DNA of 52,576 bases from a virus (lineage: Duplodnaviria > Caudoviricetes): positions 1 through 52,576 of the IMG/VR virus record IMGVR_UViG_3300047560_000375; one strand, written 5' to 3'. The notes under the pieces were generated by a model, which saw only the letters and a list, made by a program, of their open reading frames with translations, searched no databases and was not told the DNA's origin. Positions within the stretch are counted from its first letter, which is position 1. Every line of letters starts with the position of its first letter. Below, one piece after another: positions 19,068 to 27,046 of the stretch. The position numbers and the translations under genes were made by a program.

Positions 19068-19408
19068 ACCCATCTTAATGTCATCCAGGTAAATAATTCT
19101 TCGTTTACTAAAAATCGTGTCATAGCAAAATGACAACCCTCTGTTTCTTCTGCATACTTCCACAAATGCGGTGGTTGTGTAAGTATCCACGATTCAACAC
19201 TTGGTCTAACATCAATTGCTATGCAGTTATGAGGGTATAACACAGTTTCGTTTTGATTCTCAACGATTAAGTAAGGCTTGAATGAAACTTGACCGTTTTC
19301 TACTTTAAAGGGGCTAGATGGGTCACCGGGCTTGGTAAATTTTTCAGTAACCTCTTTCTGAAGATTGCCACCCATCATCTTTAACACTCTGTTTATTGAT
19401 TCTAACAT
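19064..19408 (-). CDS. Small FxLRW-family protein
   Basis: VESWI...NEELFTWMTLRW. Confidence 0.7.
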   Translation of the reverse strand: MLESINRVLKMMGGNLQKEVTEKFTKPGDPSSPFKVENGQVSFKPYLIVENQNETVLYPHNCIAIDVRPSVESWILTQPPHLWKYAEETEGCHFAMTRFLVNEELFTWMTLRWV

Positions 19409-19851
19409 TAACTCCACCTCAACTTGAACATGATATAGTCTTGCTCATTCATAAAAGCAAAGTAAACAAAGTCACTACCACCAATATCATTGAACCACCA
19501 ATCTTCGTGGGTATCACCGTCTATGCCTATTCCAGTTTGACGATATACTCTATTAATATCCATGCGATACTTGAATCTACATTTAAGTTCACACCAATCT
19601 CGCATATCTTCGTAACCAAATCTAAGTCCGCCGGGTCCCCAATCAGCTATACATTGATAAGCATAATGTGTGGTATCACATCTAAACACATATTTGTACT
19701 TAGAATAGAAGTCACTTACCTTATCAGCATAGCGGACAACATCAGGATCACGATTGTGTCTATAGCTTCGCCATGTAAGGTAGCCACTCTTTGCTAACTT
19801 TCGGTGAGCAAGATATCGGCGCCAACGTGCTTTAAGTCTTAGTATTTTCAT
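19408..19851 (-). CDS. FxLRW-family protein with an N-terminal extension
   Basis: DWCELKC...FAFMNEQDYIMFKLRW. Confidence 0.75.
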   Translation of the reverse strand: MKILRLKARWRRYLAHRKLAKSGYLTWRSYRHNRDPDVVRYADKVSDFYSKYKYVFRCDTTHYAYQCIADWGPGGLRFGYEDMRDWCELKCRFKYRMDINRVYRQTGIGIDGDTHEDWWFNDIGGSDFVYFAFMNEQDYIMFKLRWS

Positions 19852-20134
19852 AAACTAATAAATCAAATGCTGTTGCATATTGTGTTTCAGGCTCCATATG
19901 AAAGCCTGTGCCCCACACTACCCATACTTTTCTTTTGTATGCTTTCTCCCAGAAGATGCGTTTACCCGTGACTGTCTTTCTAGGTAAAAAAGCAAAGTAC
20001 TCTGTCCAAGGATAGCAATCTGCGCCACCTTCTATAATTGTGTATTCCATAGGGTTAAATCCTGCAGGTATATGTCTTCCAATTCCATTAAAACTCATGT
20101 TGTCTCCGATGCTTCTGTTCCAAAGTATTTTCAT
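19832..20134 (-). CDS. Hypothetical protein (lacks the array motif)
   Basis: 100-aa ORF with coupled overlaps; WTEYFAFLPRKTVTGKRIFW. Confidence 0.65.
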   Translation of the reverse strand: MKILWNRSIGDNMSFNGIGRHIPAGFNPMEYTIIEGGADCYPWTEYFAFLPRKTVTGKRIFWEKAYKRKVWVVWGTGFHMEPETQYATAFDLLVYENTKT

Positions 20135-20361
20135 TTGTGTTTAAGTATGCACCACGTATACTTACCTTCGTCTAAAATTTCAAAAGTACCATCAATCTTA
20201 CCGTCATTATGAATCCACATTTTTATTCCATAATTGTTCTCAATGTACTTGTCAAAACTATCGCTGAACCCTGTGTATGACGGTTCATAGTAACCAGTAT
20301 ACTGCTTGTCGTATTCTGTTTTAAGAATTCTTAACAAGTGCCAGTAATCGTACTTGTTCAT
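20131..20361 (-). CDS. Small FxLRW-family protein, YG(I/V) subtype
   Basis: YGIKM...ILDEGKYTWCILKH. Confidence 0.72.
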   Translation of the reverse strand: MNKYDYWHLLRILKTEYDKQYTGYYEPSYTGFSDSFDKYIENNYGIKMWIHNDGKIDGTFEILDEGKYTWCILKHK

Positions 20362-20636
20362 CTATATTCTTTCATAGTGATTTCTTCATACTCACCTGCA
20401 AATGCTATTCTGAATACTTTAGCGGATTCACTGTGTTCAAACTGAACCACATCATAGTCTATTGGTCTATCCATTTTACTGTAAACACTTTGCCACTCAA
20501 CATGCCAACGACTGAATGGACCTTTCTCTGGATAGGCTTCTGCCCATTGGTACATCTCAGTGGTACACTTTTTTACTTTGAATCTGTATGTAAAAACTGG
20601 GCGATTGTTACCACCGCCACCGTAAAAATATTCCAT
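20358..20636 (-). CDS. Small FxLRW-family-related protein
   Basis: EMYQWA...VQFEHSESAKVFRIAF. Confidence 0.65.
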   Translation of the reverse strand: MEYFYGGGGNNRPVFTYRFKVKKCTTEMYQWAEAYPEKGPFSRWHVEWQSVYSKMDRPIDYDVVQFEHSESAKVFRIAFAGEYEEITMKEYR

Positions 20637-20888
20637 TTATTGCCACCTCAGCAAGAACATTACGAACTTTTGTTCATCAACTACACGATAATCTTTCATA
20701 TTGTAATCTTTGTCTAACTTTACTTCTACCCCGTATTCGACCAACACATGATGAAGTTGTGCATCATATACAGGATTGCCTGTGACTACTTTTGCTTCTG
20801 GGAGAACTGACCAATAATGATTAGGTGACGGTTGTCCTATACTTTCCACGGCTCGTGCCAATATTAGTTGTAAGTCACAAGATTTCAT
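20637..20888 (-). CDS. Small FxLRW-family protein, YG(I/V) subtype
   Basis: YGVEV...VVDEQKFVMFLLRW. Confidence 0.75.
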   Translation of the reverse strand: MKSCDLQLILARAVESIGQPSPNHYWSVLPEAKVVTGNPVYDAQLHHVLVEYGVEVKLDKDYNMKDYRVVDEQKFVMFLLRWQ

Positions 20889-21112
20889 GCCCACCTCAAC
20901 AAAAACCATTCATAATCTTGTTTGCGCTTAAAAGCAAAGTAACGAGTAACATTTCTCCAATTTTTACTTTTGAAGTTTGTGTAACAGAATCGCTCGGCGT
21001 TACCAATATCATACCAGGATTTGATTTCCATCTGATAGGGCCAGTAGGTATCATTTTGCCAATAACCGTCAAACGATCTCTCAATCAAATTTTTCACTGA
21101 TGTATTATCCAT
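20885..21112 (-). CDS. Small FxLRW-family protein
   Basis: FAFKRKQDYEWFLLRW. Confidence 0.75.
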   Translation of the reverse strand: MDNTSVKNLIERSFDGYWQNDTYWPYQMEIKSWYDIGNAERFCYTNFKSKNWRNVTRYFAFKRKQDYEWFLLRWA

Positions 21113-21372
21113 TATGACCACTTCAATACAAAAAATGTATGACTTTCTTCATTGTCCCACCGCAAGTACCAACCTTGTGTGCTAGTTTGAATCAGTTTAC
21201 CACCTAATGGTTTAAGTTCACGATTTGCAACAGTAATAGGCATCCAACCATTCAATCTAGCAGTAATAGAACAAGTGTTCCAGAAGTCATTAAAATACTT
21301 GGGCCAAGGATCATGCCATGGTCTGCCTACAGGAACGATAAATCTTTCTCTAACAAAATAAGGTTCTCTCAT
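21112..21372 (-). CDS. Small FxLRW-family protein
   Basis: WDNEESHTFFVLKW. Confidence 0.72.
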   Translation of the reverse strand: MREPYFVRERFIVPVGRPWHDPWPKYFNDFWNTCSITARLNGWMPITVANRELKPLGGKLIQTSTQGWYLRWDNEESHTFFVLKWS

Positions 21373-21605
21373 AGCCACCTCAAACTAAAACGAATTGCAT
21401 CTTCTTCTTTTAAGAAATAAAAGTCCATGTAATCTTCAGTTGGGTGTGTCGTATAATATGTACCAGGCACGCCGTAATGTTCCATTGCCCAAATGCAGGT
21501 TTCATCCCAATCACTAATAGTATCACCCTTCTTCCAGGGTATGCGTACTCTAGTACCCCGCCAGTTTGAGGGTTTCTCTGATTTGTTGTTTAAGGTTTGT
21601 GTCAC
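21369..21605 (-). CDS. Small FxLRW-family protein
   Basis: WAMEHYG...FYFLKEEDAIRFSLRW; start uncertain. Confidence 0.75.
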   Translation of the reverse strand: MTQTLNNKSEKPSNWRGTRVRIPWKKGDTISDWDETCIWAMEHYGVPGTYYTTHPTEDYMDFYFLKEEDAIRFSLRWL

Positions 21606-22254
21606 GGTGAAACTTCAATGCCCATTGTTCAGGATTTATATAATCAGATATCATTTTAACTTGGGGTTGATTTAATGTCTCTAAAAAACGGACACCGCTA
21701 TCACTACAATATAACATCCATGGGGATATTTTACCCGTTGTGATTGCATAACAAATCTTATTTGAGTTTCCATATCTCAAATAATCACATGTTTGGATAC
21801 CTTCTTCGGTTGATTTTTCGATGCATGTTTCTATACTTCGGGCAATAGCGTCAAACGCATCTTCAGTTCGCAGATATTCAATCAAGTACTTTGTGTAGAT
21901 ACTATCTTGACACCAGCTGTCAATTTTGATTTGATTCTTTAATAACCAATCAACGAATCTACTAACATTCAGTGCATTGACATTGACACAATAACTTCCA
22001 AATTTAACAAATGCAATGTAGTAGGCGCTTTTTATGAATTCTTCGTATGTCTTTTGTTTTTTGCTTGCTGAATTCTTTTTATAGAATTGCAACCATGATT
22101 GAAATCCCAATCGATTGCCTTGCTTGTCTCTTTCAATCCAACGATGTTTATATTCACATATGTGCTTTAAGACCGTGCTTTCACGTGCAAATTCACGTTT
22201 GCAAAATTCGCATCCATACTTCACTGGCTTATCAATTGCCGCGGTCTCTTTCAT
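21550..22254 (-). CDS. Hypothetical protein with an N-terminal C2H2/C2HC-like zinc finger
   Basis: YGCEFCKREFARESTVLKHIC. Confidence 0.65.
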   Translation of the reverse strand: MKETAAIDKPVKYGCEFCKREFARESTVLKHICEYKHRWIERDKQGNRLGFQSWLQFYKKNSASKKQKTYEEFIKSAYYIAFVKFGSYCVNVNALNVSRFVDWLLKNQIKIDSWCQDSIYTKYLIEYLRTEDAFDAIARSIETCIEKSTEEGIQTCDYLRYGNSNKICYAITTGKISPWMLYCSDSGVRFLETLNQPQVKMISDYINPEQWALKFHRDTNLKQQIRETLKLAGY

Positions 22255-22825
22255 ACTGTTCTATATCTTTGTCGGTTACTAAGTCACTTAATACATCAAT
22301 GTCCGCACGTTTCATTGTTGGGAAAATTTGTGCTAGATAATATTTCTTTTTATTTTCCTGAACGAATGCGTTAGCAACGTCATCAATGTCATTTGTATTT
22401 GCTTTGGGATAAATCTTTTTATAATACTCTTTGATATCTTTGATTTTTGCAGGCTCTTGTAGTTTAGAAACTTTTTCTTTGATTTGAGGGATCCATTGAT
22501 GAAACTGTTTTCCTAAACCCGGTGATGCCGCACACAACATCAGCCATTGTAATTTAGGATGATTCTGTACTTTCTCATTGAAAAAATGTTTGTTAGCATA
22601 TTCTGCTGTAGACATGATGTAATAACGTGACAATCCTTCACTACCCTTAATTGCGCTCATCCACAACAACATCATATACGGTACAAACTTCTTTTGTTGT
22701 TCGTCAGATAATTTATCATAGAACCCATAGTCTTTTTTATCTAGTGCGGCAAGTACTTCAAACAAGTCTAAGTCTTGCTTATCTAATTTTTCATCAGTGG
22801 GTGTTGCTGGTTTCTTTGTTGCCAT
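22232..22825 (-). CDS. Probable clamp-loader small subunit (T4 gp62-like)
   Basis: DLFEVL...FVPYMMLLWMS...HPKLQWLML...FHQWI pattern; replication-gene context. Confidence 0.55.
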   Translation of the reverse strand: MATKKPATPTDEKLDKQDLDLFEVLAALDKKDYGFYDKLSDEQQKKFVPYMMLLWMSAIKGSEGLSRYYIMSTAEYANKHFFNEKVQNHPKLQWLMLCAASPGLGKQFHQWIPQIKEKVSKLQEPAKIKDIKEYYKKIYPKANTNDIDDVANAFVQENKKKYYLAQIFPTMKRADIDVLSDLVTDKDIEQYERDRGN

Positions 22826-23325
22826 TAGAATGCCTGTTGATAGTCTACGATTTCACAATTTCTACTAATTTCTTTTACAAAATAAACACACTTTGGTTTT
22901 TCGCCATCTTCAATCGGTACACACAAAAACTGTCCGTTCTTCAATCGAGGTGCGTACCAAGTTACATCGTGATAGATATCAATAATTTCAATAGGTAAGA
23001 AACTAGGACTAAAACTACTCAATGGATTAAACTCAAATGCATTAAATCCTCTATCATTGATACTAGTCAACGGTAATGTTTCCAAGTCACCGTGTTCTTT
23101 TTCACCAATCAATATCTGCCAATCAACTGGCATCTTAACTGTATGGGCACCGATCTTTAACACTAGTGCAGGAGCACTGAATGATTCTAAAAAGATTAAT
23201 GGAATATAGTGATAGTCTACATTCGATGGATTGCTATTATCTAAAATAGCAAATCGCAAGTCATCAATCTCTTCGGGTAGTGTTTCAAGATTGTAAAATT
23301 TATTTTCTAATGTTAATATACGCAT
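22825..23325 (-). CDS. Hypothetical beta-rich protein
   Basis: 166-aa ORF between uvsW and the clamp-loader-like gene; TGnTATAAT 5 nt before the ATG. Confidence 0.7.
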   Translation of the reverse strand: MRILTLENKFYNLETLPEEIDDLRFAILDNSNPSNVDYHYIPLIFLESFSAPALVLKIGAHTVKMPVDWQILIGEKEHGDLETLPLTSINDRGFNAFEFNPLSSFSPSFLPIEIIDIYHDVTWYAPRLKNGQFLCVPIEDGEKPKCVYFVKEISRNCEIVDYQQAF

Positions 23326-23336
23326 AATTTATTATA

Positions 23337-24824
23337 TCATTTATAGGTAAGTTTTTCCAAGTCAAATGGATAGTTAGCTTCTTTATAGAATGCTTTTCTT
23401 TGTGTTAGATGGCGTTTTGCAAACTTGCAGTTACTTGTAATGTCCCAAATCTGAACAAAGTCTTTGTCCTCTGCTTTACGAATGCCACGACCTATTGACT
23501 GAATAACTCTGACAAACGATTTGCCAGGCTCCAGCAGTACCAAATTAAAGATACGAGGAATATTAATTCCAACAGCGGCGACGCCGTAAGTCGCAATAAT
23601 AACTTTCTTATTGCTTGTGGCAACTTCATCATATTCTTCCTTACGTTCTGTTAATTTCATTTCACCCGAAACGAATGCAACATCAGGTGCATCTTTGAGT
23701 AAGCTGAATATGCTACTCAAACGTTTTTGTAGTTCTTTTCCTGCACCAATTCTATCTACAAGAATTAGCGTGTTTCCGCTTTCTGAGATTTTATTAACTA
23801 AGTCAGTGATGGTGTCTAATCGTTTACTATCCTCAGTTAGATATTTCAATTCACTTTGATAATTTGTAAACTCAACATCATCTTTTAGTTGAACGATGTT
23901 AACGTGACATTGTGCAAGTACACCTTTGTCTTGTAATTCTTTTGCTGATAATTTACCGATTACTTGTCCGATTGAAACATACAATGCTTGTGCTTCATAG
24001 ATTGCTTTAGGAATAGTTCCTGTCAATCCCCAGCGAATAGGTACATGAGAAAACGTACTAGTTAATAACGTTTTGATAACATCAGCTTTGGCCATGTGTA
24101 CTTCATCGACCATGACGCAAACAACATCTTCAATGAAGTCTTGTATAGTGAAGTCTGCTTCACCTGCTTGTGTATCTTTGAGTAAATTGTTTAGACTTTG
24201 CCATGTGCAGATTGTGTGTTTTTTGTTATAGTCTTTTCTATCACCAAAGTACACACCAACGTCTAATCCAACGTTCTTATAATCTTCTTCTGTCTGCACG
24301 ACTAGACTTTTGTTGGGTACAATTACAATACTGCGCCCATAGTCTTGTATTGAATAACTGAGTGCGGCTGTTGTAATTGTTTTACCTGCACCAGTAGCAA
24401 CTTCTTGAATTGATTGTGGGTTCGCTAAAAAGTTATTAATGACTTCAATCTGATAGTCACGTAACTTAATAGCTTCACCTTGTTTGGGGTGACCTTTCGG
24501 CCAGGTATATGCGGAAAAGGTGTCCTCTGTTACTGGTTTGAAATTGAATGTAGTCTGGTACTGACGACCATCTTCTAGTTCAATATCATACCCAGCTTGG
24601 TCTAGTAATGGAAGAATCTCGGGCAGTAGATTTACAAACGTACTACCACCGAGACTAAAGTAACTGACTTTGCCATTCCAACGACCTAATCGGACACTTG
24701 GTAAATATCTAGCACCGGGCTTCTCATACTCAAACATCTTCATCAATGCTTTTCTGTCGCCTAGTTCAAGTCCTTCTAGCTTTACATTGACTTCATCTTT
24801 AATTATTAGTTTACATTGTTTCAT
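23337..24824 (-). CDS. uvsW: SF2 DNA helicase, UvsW-like
   Basis: LRDYQ, ATGAGKT, DEVH, GLTGT, GINIP, QSIGRGIR. Confidence 0.88.
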   Translation of the reverse strand: MKQCKLIIKDEVNVKLEGLELGDRKALMKMFEYEKPGARYLPSVRLGRWNGKVSYFSLGGSTFVNLLPEILPLLDQAGYDIELEDGRQYQTTFNFKPVTEDTFSAYTWPKGHPKQGEAIKLRDYQIEVINNFLANPQSIQEVATGAGKTITTAALSYSIQDYGRSIVIVPNKSLVVQTEEDYKNVGLDVGVYFGDRKDYNKKHTICTWQSLNNLLKDTQAGEADFTIQDFIEDVVCVMVDEVHMAKADVIKTLLTSTFSHVPIRWGLTGTIPKAIYEAQALYVSIGQVIGKLSAKELQDKGVLAQCHVNIVQLKDDVEFTNYQSELKYLTEDSKRLDTITDLVNKISESGNTLILVDRIGAGKELQKRLSSIFSLLKDAPDVAFVSGEMKLTERKEEYDEVATSNKKVIIATYGVAAVGINIPRIFNLVLLEPGKSFVRVIQSIGRGIRKAEDKDFVQIWDITSNCKFAKRHLTQRKAFYKEANYPFDLEKLTYK

Positions 24825-25831
24825 TTAACATCTATGGGTTGAGAATTCACAAACTGGACTATCTTTCCAATTTTATGTGGTGCGAACGAATCGTCGGTGC
24901 TTCTAAATTTAATACTAACAGGTTTTATACTTTCTTTAAATCCTTTAGGGATTCGACCATACGAATCTGTCTCACCTGTTTTAATGCCTGCTAGCTCTAG
25001 TGCTTTTCTCAAATCTGCCTTCACTGTGTTACCAATAAATGTTGCAGTCGAAAAATAAGCATAATCAAAACCCATTTGCTTGAGTAATGGAACTATGGTT
25101 AGTGCATCTGTTATTTCTACCTTAGTTTCAAAGGTAGATGCAAACACCTGTTCTTTATTTTGTAAATCAATTGCATCATCACTGATGCTGATTCCGTAAG
25201 ACACTAGTGTTGCTAATGTTTTTATATCAGTATTTAATTCTATGTTACTTATCGCATTATTTAATGATTCATTTGTCGCAACAACAAACAAATTGCCATT
25301 ACGCTTGATTAGAGTAGGACTCCAATATTTTACATCAGTGTATGGATATAAATTTTCTACTAATGCTGTGGTTACAGGGCAGTAGTTTACTACAGGAAAA
25401 TGTTTTTGTGCTAGTGGTAGTAGAATTTTAAGTTGATAAGAACCATACTTAGCAACATAATACCTATTTTCTTTATCCCACACAAATATGTTATTTTCTT
25501 GCTTCCTGAACTCAGACACAAAGTTGCGATTGTATGGACACTTGAACACAATGTCCCCGTTTACAATTTCAACATGTCCACTTGTGTATTCAGGCTTGCT
25601 TTCAATTATAGTTGCAGTCCATGGTAGGTATAATAATTTATCTACATCAAGGTCAAACTTATTGAACTGCCTACGATACTTATAAAGTATTTTATAAAAT
25701 AATTCAACTTGATTGGTAGTGACACGATCTAGGTGCTGGATGCTTTCGATAAACTTTTCATCATATCTACTAAGTTTAATCTTGCTTATCATAAAATAAG
25801 CAATGTGTTCTGCCTTTGTTAAATCTGCCAT
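24821..25831 (-). CDS. Hypothetical protein
   Basis: Start reassigned to MADLTKAEH, downstream of the terminator and promoter. Confidence 0.7.
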   Translation of the reverse strand: MADLTKAEHIAYFMISKIKLSRYDEKFIESIQHLDRVTTNQVELFYKILYKYRRQFNKFDLDVDKLLYLPWTATIIESKPEYTSGHVEIVNGDIVFKCPYNRNFVSEFRKQENNIFVWDKENRYYVAKYGSYQLKILLPLAQKHFPVVNYCPVTTALVENLYPYTDVKYWSPTLIKRNGNLFVVATNESLNNAISNIELNTDIKTLATLVSYGISISDDAIDLQNKEQVFASTFETKVEITDALTIVPLLKQMGFDYAYFSTATFIGNTVKADLRKALELAGIKTGETDSYGRIPKGFKESIKPVSIKFRSTDDSFAPHKIGKIVQFVNSQPIDVK

Positions 25832-25837
25832 CTTGAT

Positions 25838-25866
25838 ATTGTACACATATATGTATCGATTTTCAA
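25838..25866 (-). promoter_or_regulatory. sigma70-type promoter, leaderless
   Basis: TTGAAA-N17-TACAAT-N6-ATG. Confidence 0.7.
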
Positions 25867-25877
25867 CAGATAAAGGC

Positions 25878-25899
25878 AAAAAGGGGACCGAAGTCCCCG
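25878..25899 (-). terminator. Intrinsic terminator
   Basis: GGGGAC-TTCG-GTCCCC-TTTTT on the minus strand. Confidence 0.85.
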
Positions 25900-25918
25900 A
25901 TTTTTAAATCTATTAGAA

Positions 25919-26173
25919 TCAATCCATATCAGCGACCCATTCGCCGTTCTTAAACTGTGCGAATACAGTGCCGCCTTGTGCTTGAATTTTTAACATTGGA
26001 GCCCCGTTTGCGTCAGCGGTCAACTCACCGTTAACTTGCTGAACTTTACCTTGACTGTCACCCCAGCCCGAATTAACAAACTTTACAGGAATGTTATTCA
26101 TTGGAACTCCGGCGCTTTCAGAGATAACTGGCTTTATCCCGTCCATAATATTAAGTAAATCTTTCATGCTCAT
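25919..26173 (-). CDS. Small late protein, probable head-internal protein
   Basis: Own GATAAATA (26194-26201), AAGGA RBS and terminator; N-terminus MKDLLNIMD...ISE. Confidence 0.6.
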   Translation of the reverse strand: MSMKDLLNIMDGIKPVISESAGVPMNNIPVKFVNSGWGDSQGKVQQVNGELTADANGAPMLKIQAQGGTVFAQFKNGEWVADMD

Positions 26174-26202
26174 AGTATAAATCCTTTATAATCTATTTAT
26201 CA

Positions 26203-26436
26203 TTAATGATAGATAGAACCCAATACTGTCACACCTCTATTAATCTTATTACAGTTTCCACAATGTCGATATTGATACAATGCTTTGCGTTTAGTTGAAA
26301 GGAACACATTCTCATGTACACCTTGTTGAGGTTCACCGTACATTGTCCAATTATGAATACCGAATCGACACCAAAAACTTTTCACAAGAGGAACCTCTTC
26401 TTTTAGGAGTCTGAATGTGTTCTCTTTTTCGTTCAT
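26203..26436 (-). CDS. Small Cys/His protein (zinc-ribbon-like)
   Basis: WCRFGIHNW...RHCGNC. Confidence 0.6.
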   Translation of the reverse strand: MNEKENTFRLLKEEVPLVKSFWCRFGIHNWTMYGEPQQGVHENVFLSTKRKALYQYRHCGNCNKINRGVTVLGSIYH

Positions 26437-26753
26437 CGTTTCAATTCTTCCCACATTTCCATACGCTCGGCATGATAAATCTCATACAATGTATAGAACC
26501 AATTGTAGACAAAGAATAAGGGAGGACAAGCAATCACGCACTTCATCACTGTGTGTAGCATGTCTCTATCCTCAATAAAATAAGCAAAGACTACGCCCGT
26601 TGCTATTATCCAGAGAAGCCCCACAAGGAGAGTAAGAAGGATAGCTAGTGGCATTTCCGCTTGAATGAATTCCCGATACTTATACAGCCAGCCCCACTCA
26701 TCACCGAAGATGGTTCGCTTCATGCGTTTGAGTAGCCAGACTATAAAATTCAT
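26433..26753 (-). CDS. Membrane protein with two hydrophobic helices
   Basis: LAILLTLLVGLLWIIATGVVFAYF and VIACPPLFFVYNWF. Confidence 0.65.
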   Translation of the reverse strand: MNFIVWLLKRMKRTIFGDEWGWLYKYREFIQAEMPLAILLTLLVGLLWIIATGVVFAYFIEDRDMLHTVMKCVIACPPLFFVYNWFYTLYEIYHAERMEMWEELKR

Positions 26754-26956
26754 TTCTCGTCCTTCAGTGAATTAGCATACTCAATGCCTTGCACGAATCC
26801 TCGCAAGCCATCGACAGTTTGAACATCGGCAACAATCGTGCCTTTACTGTTGTGAATGTAGAAGCCAGTATGAATTGCGGACACTTTGTAGCCTAATCCA
26901 TTAAGATTACGTTCCCATGCTTGAAAGTCGTATACTAGTTTAAAATGTTCCATCAT
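26750..26956 (-). CDS. Hypothetical protein
   Basis: 68 aa with AAGGA RBS. Confidence 0.65.
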   Translation of the reverse strand: MMEHFKLVYDFQAWERNLNGLGYKVSAIHTGFYIHNSKGTIVADVQTVDGLRGFVQGIEYANSLKDEK

Positions 26957-26984
26957 TGTTTTCCTTTAATCATACGCCAAATAT

Positions 26985-27040
26985 ATATCGCTGATACTTT
27001 TTGATAGTAACAAAACTGTTTCAAATAGTACCAGCGATAT
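26985..27040 (-). other. Long imperfect intergenic hairpin
   Basis: ATATCGCTGGTACT/AGTATCAGCGATAT (14 bp, one G-U on the minus strand), extended by TTTGA/TCAAA. Confidence 0.7.
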
Positions 27041-27046
27041 TTCATA

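Noticed and set aside
16686-21605. Integron-like cassette array or diversity-generating retroelement as an explanation for the paralog array
   Set aside because: The genes overlap or abut with no room for attC sites; no integrase, reverse transcriptase or template/variable repeat pair is visible in the window
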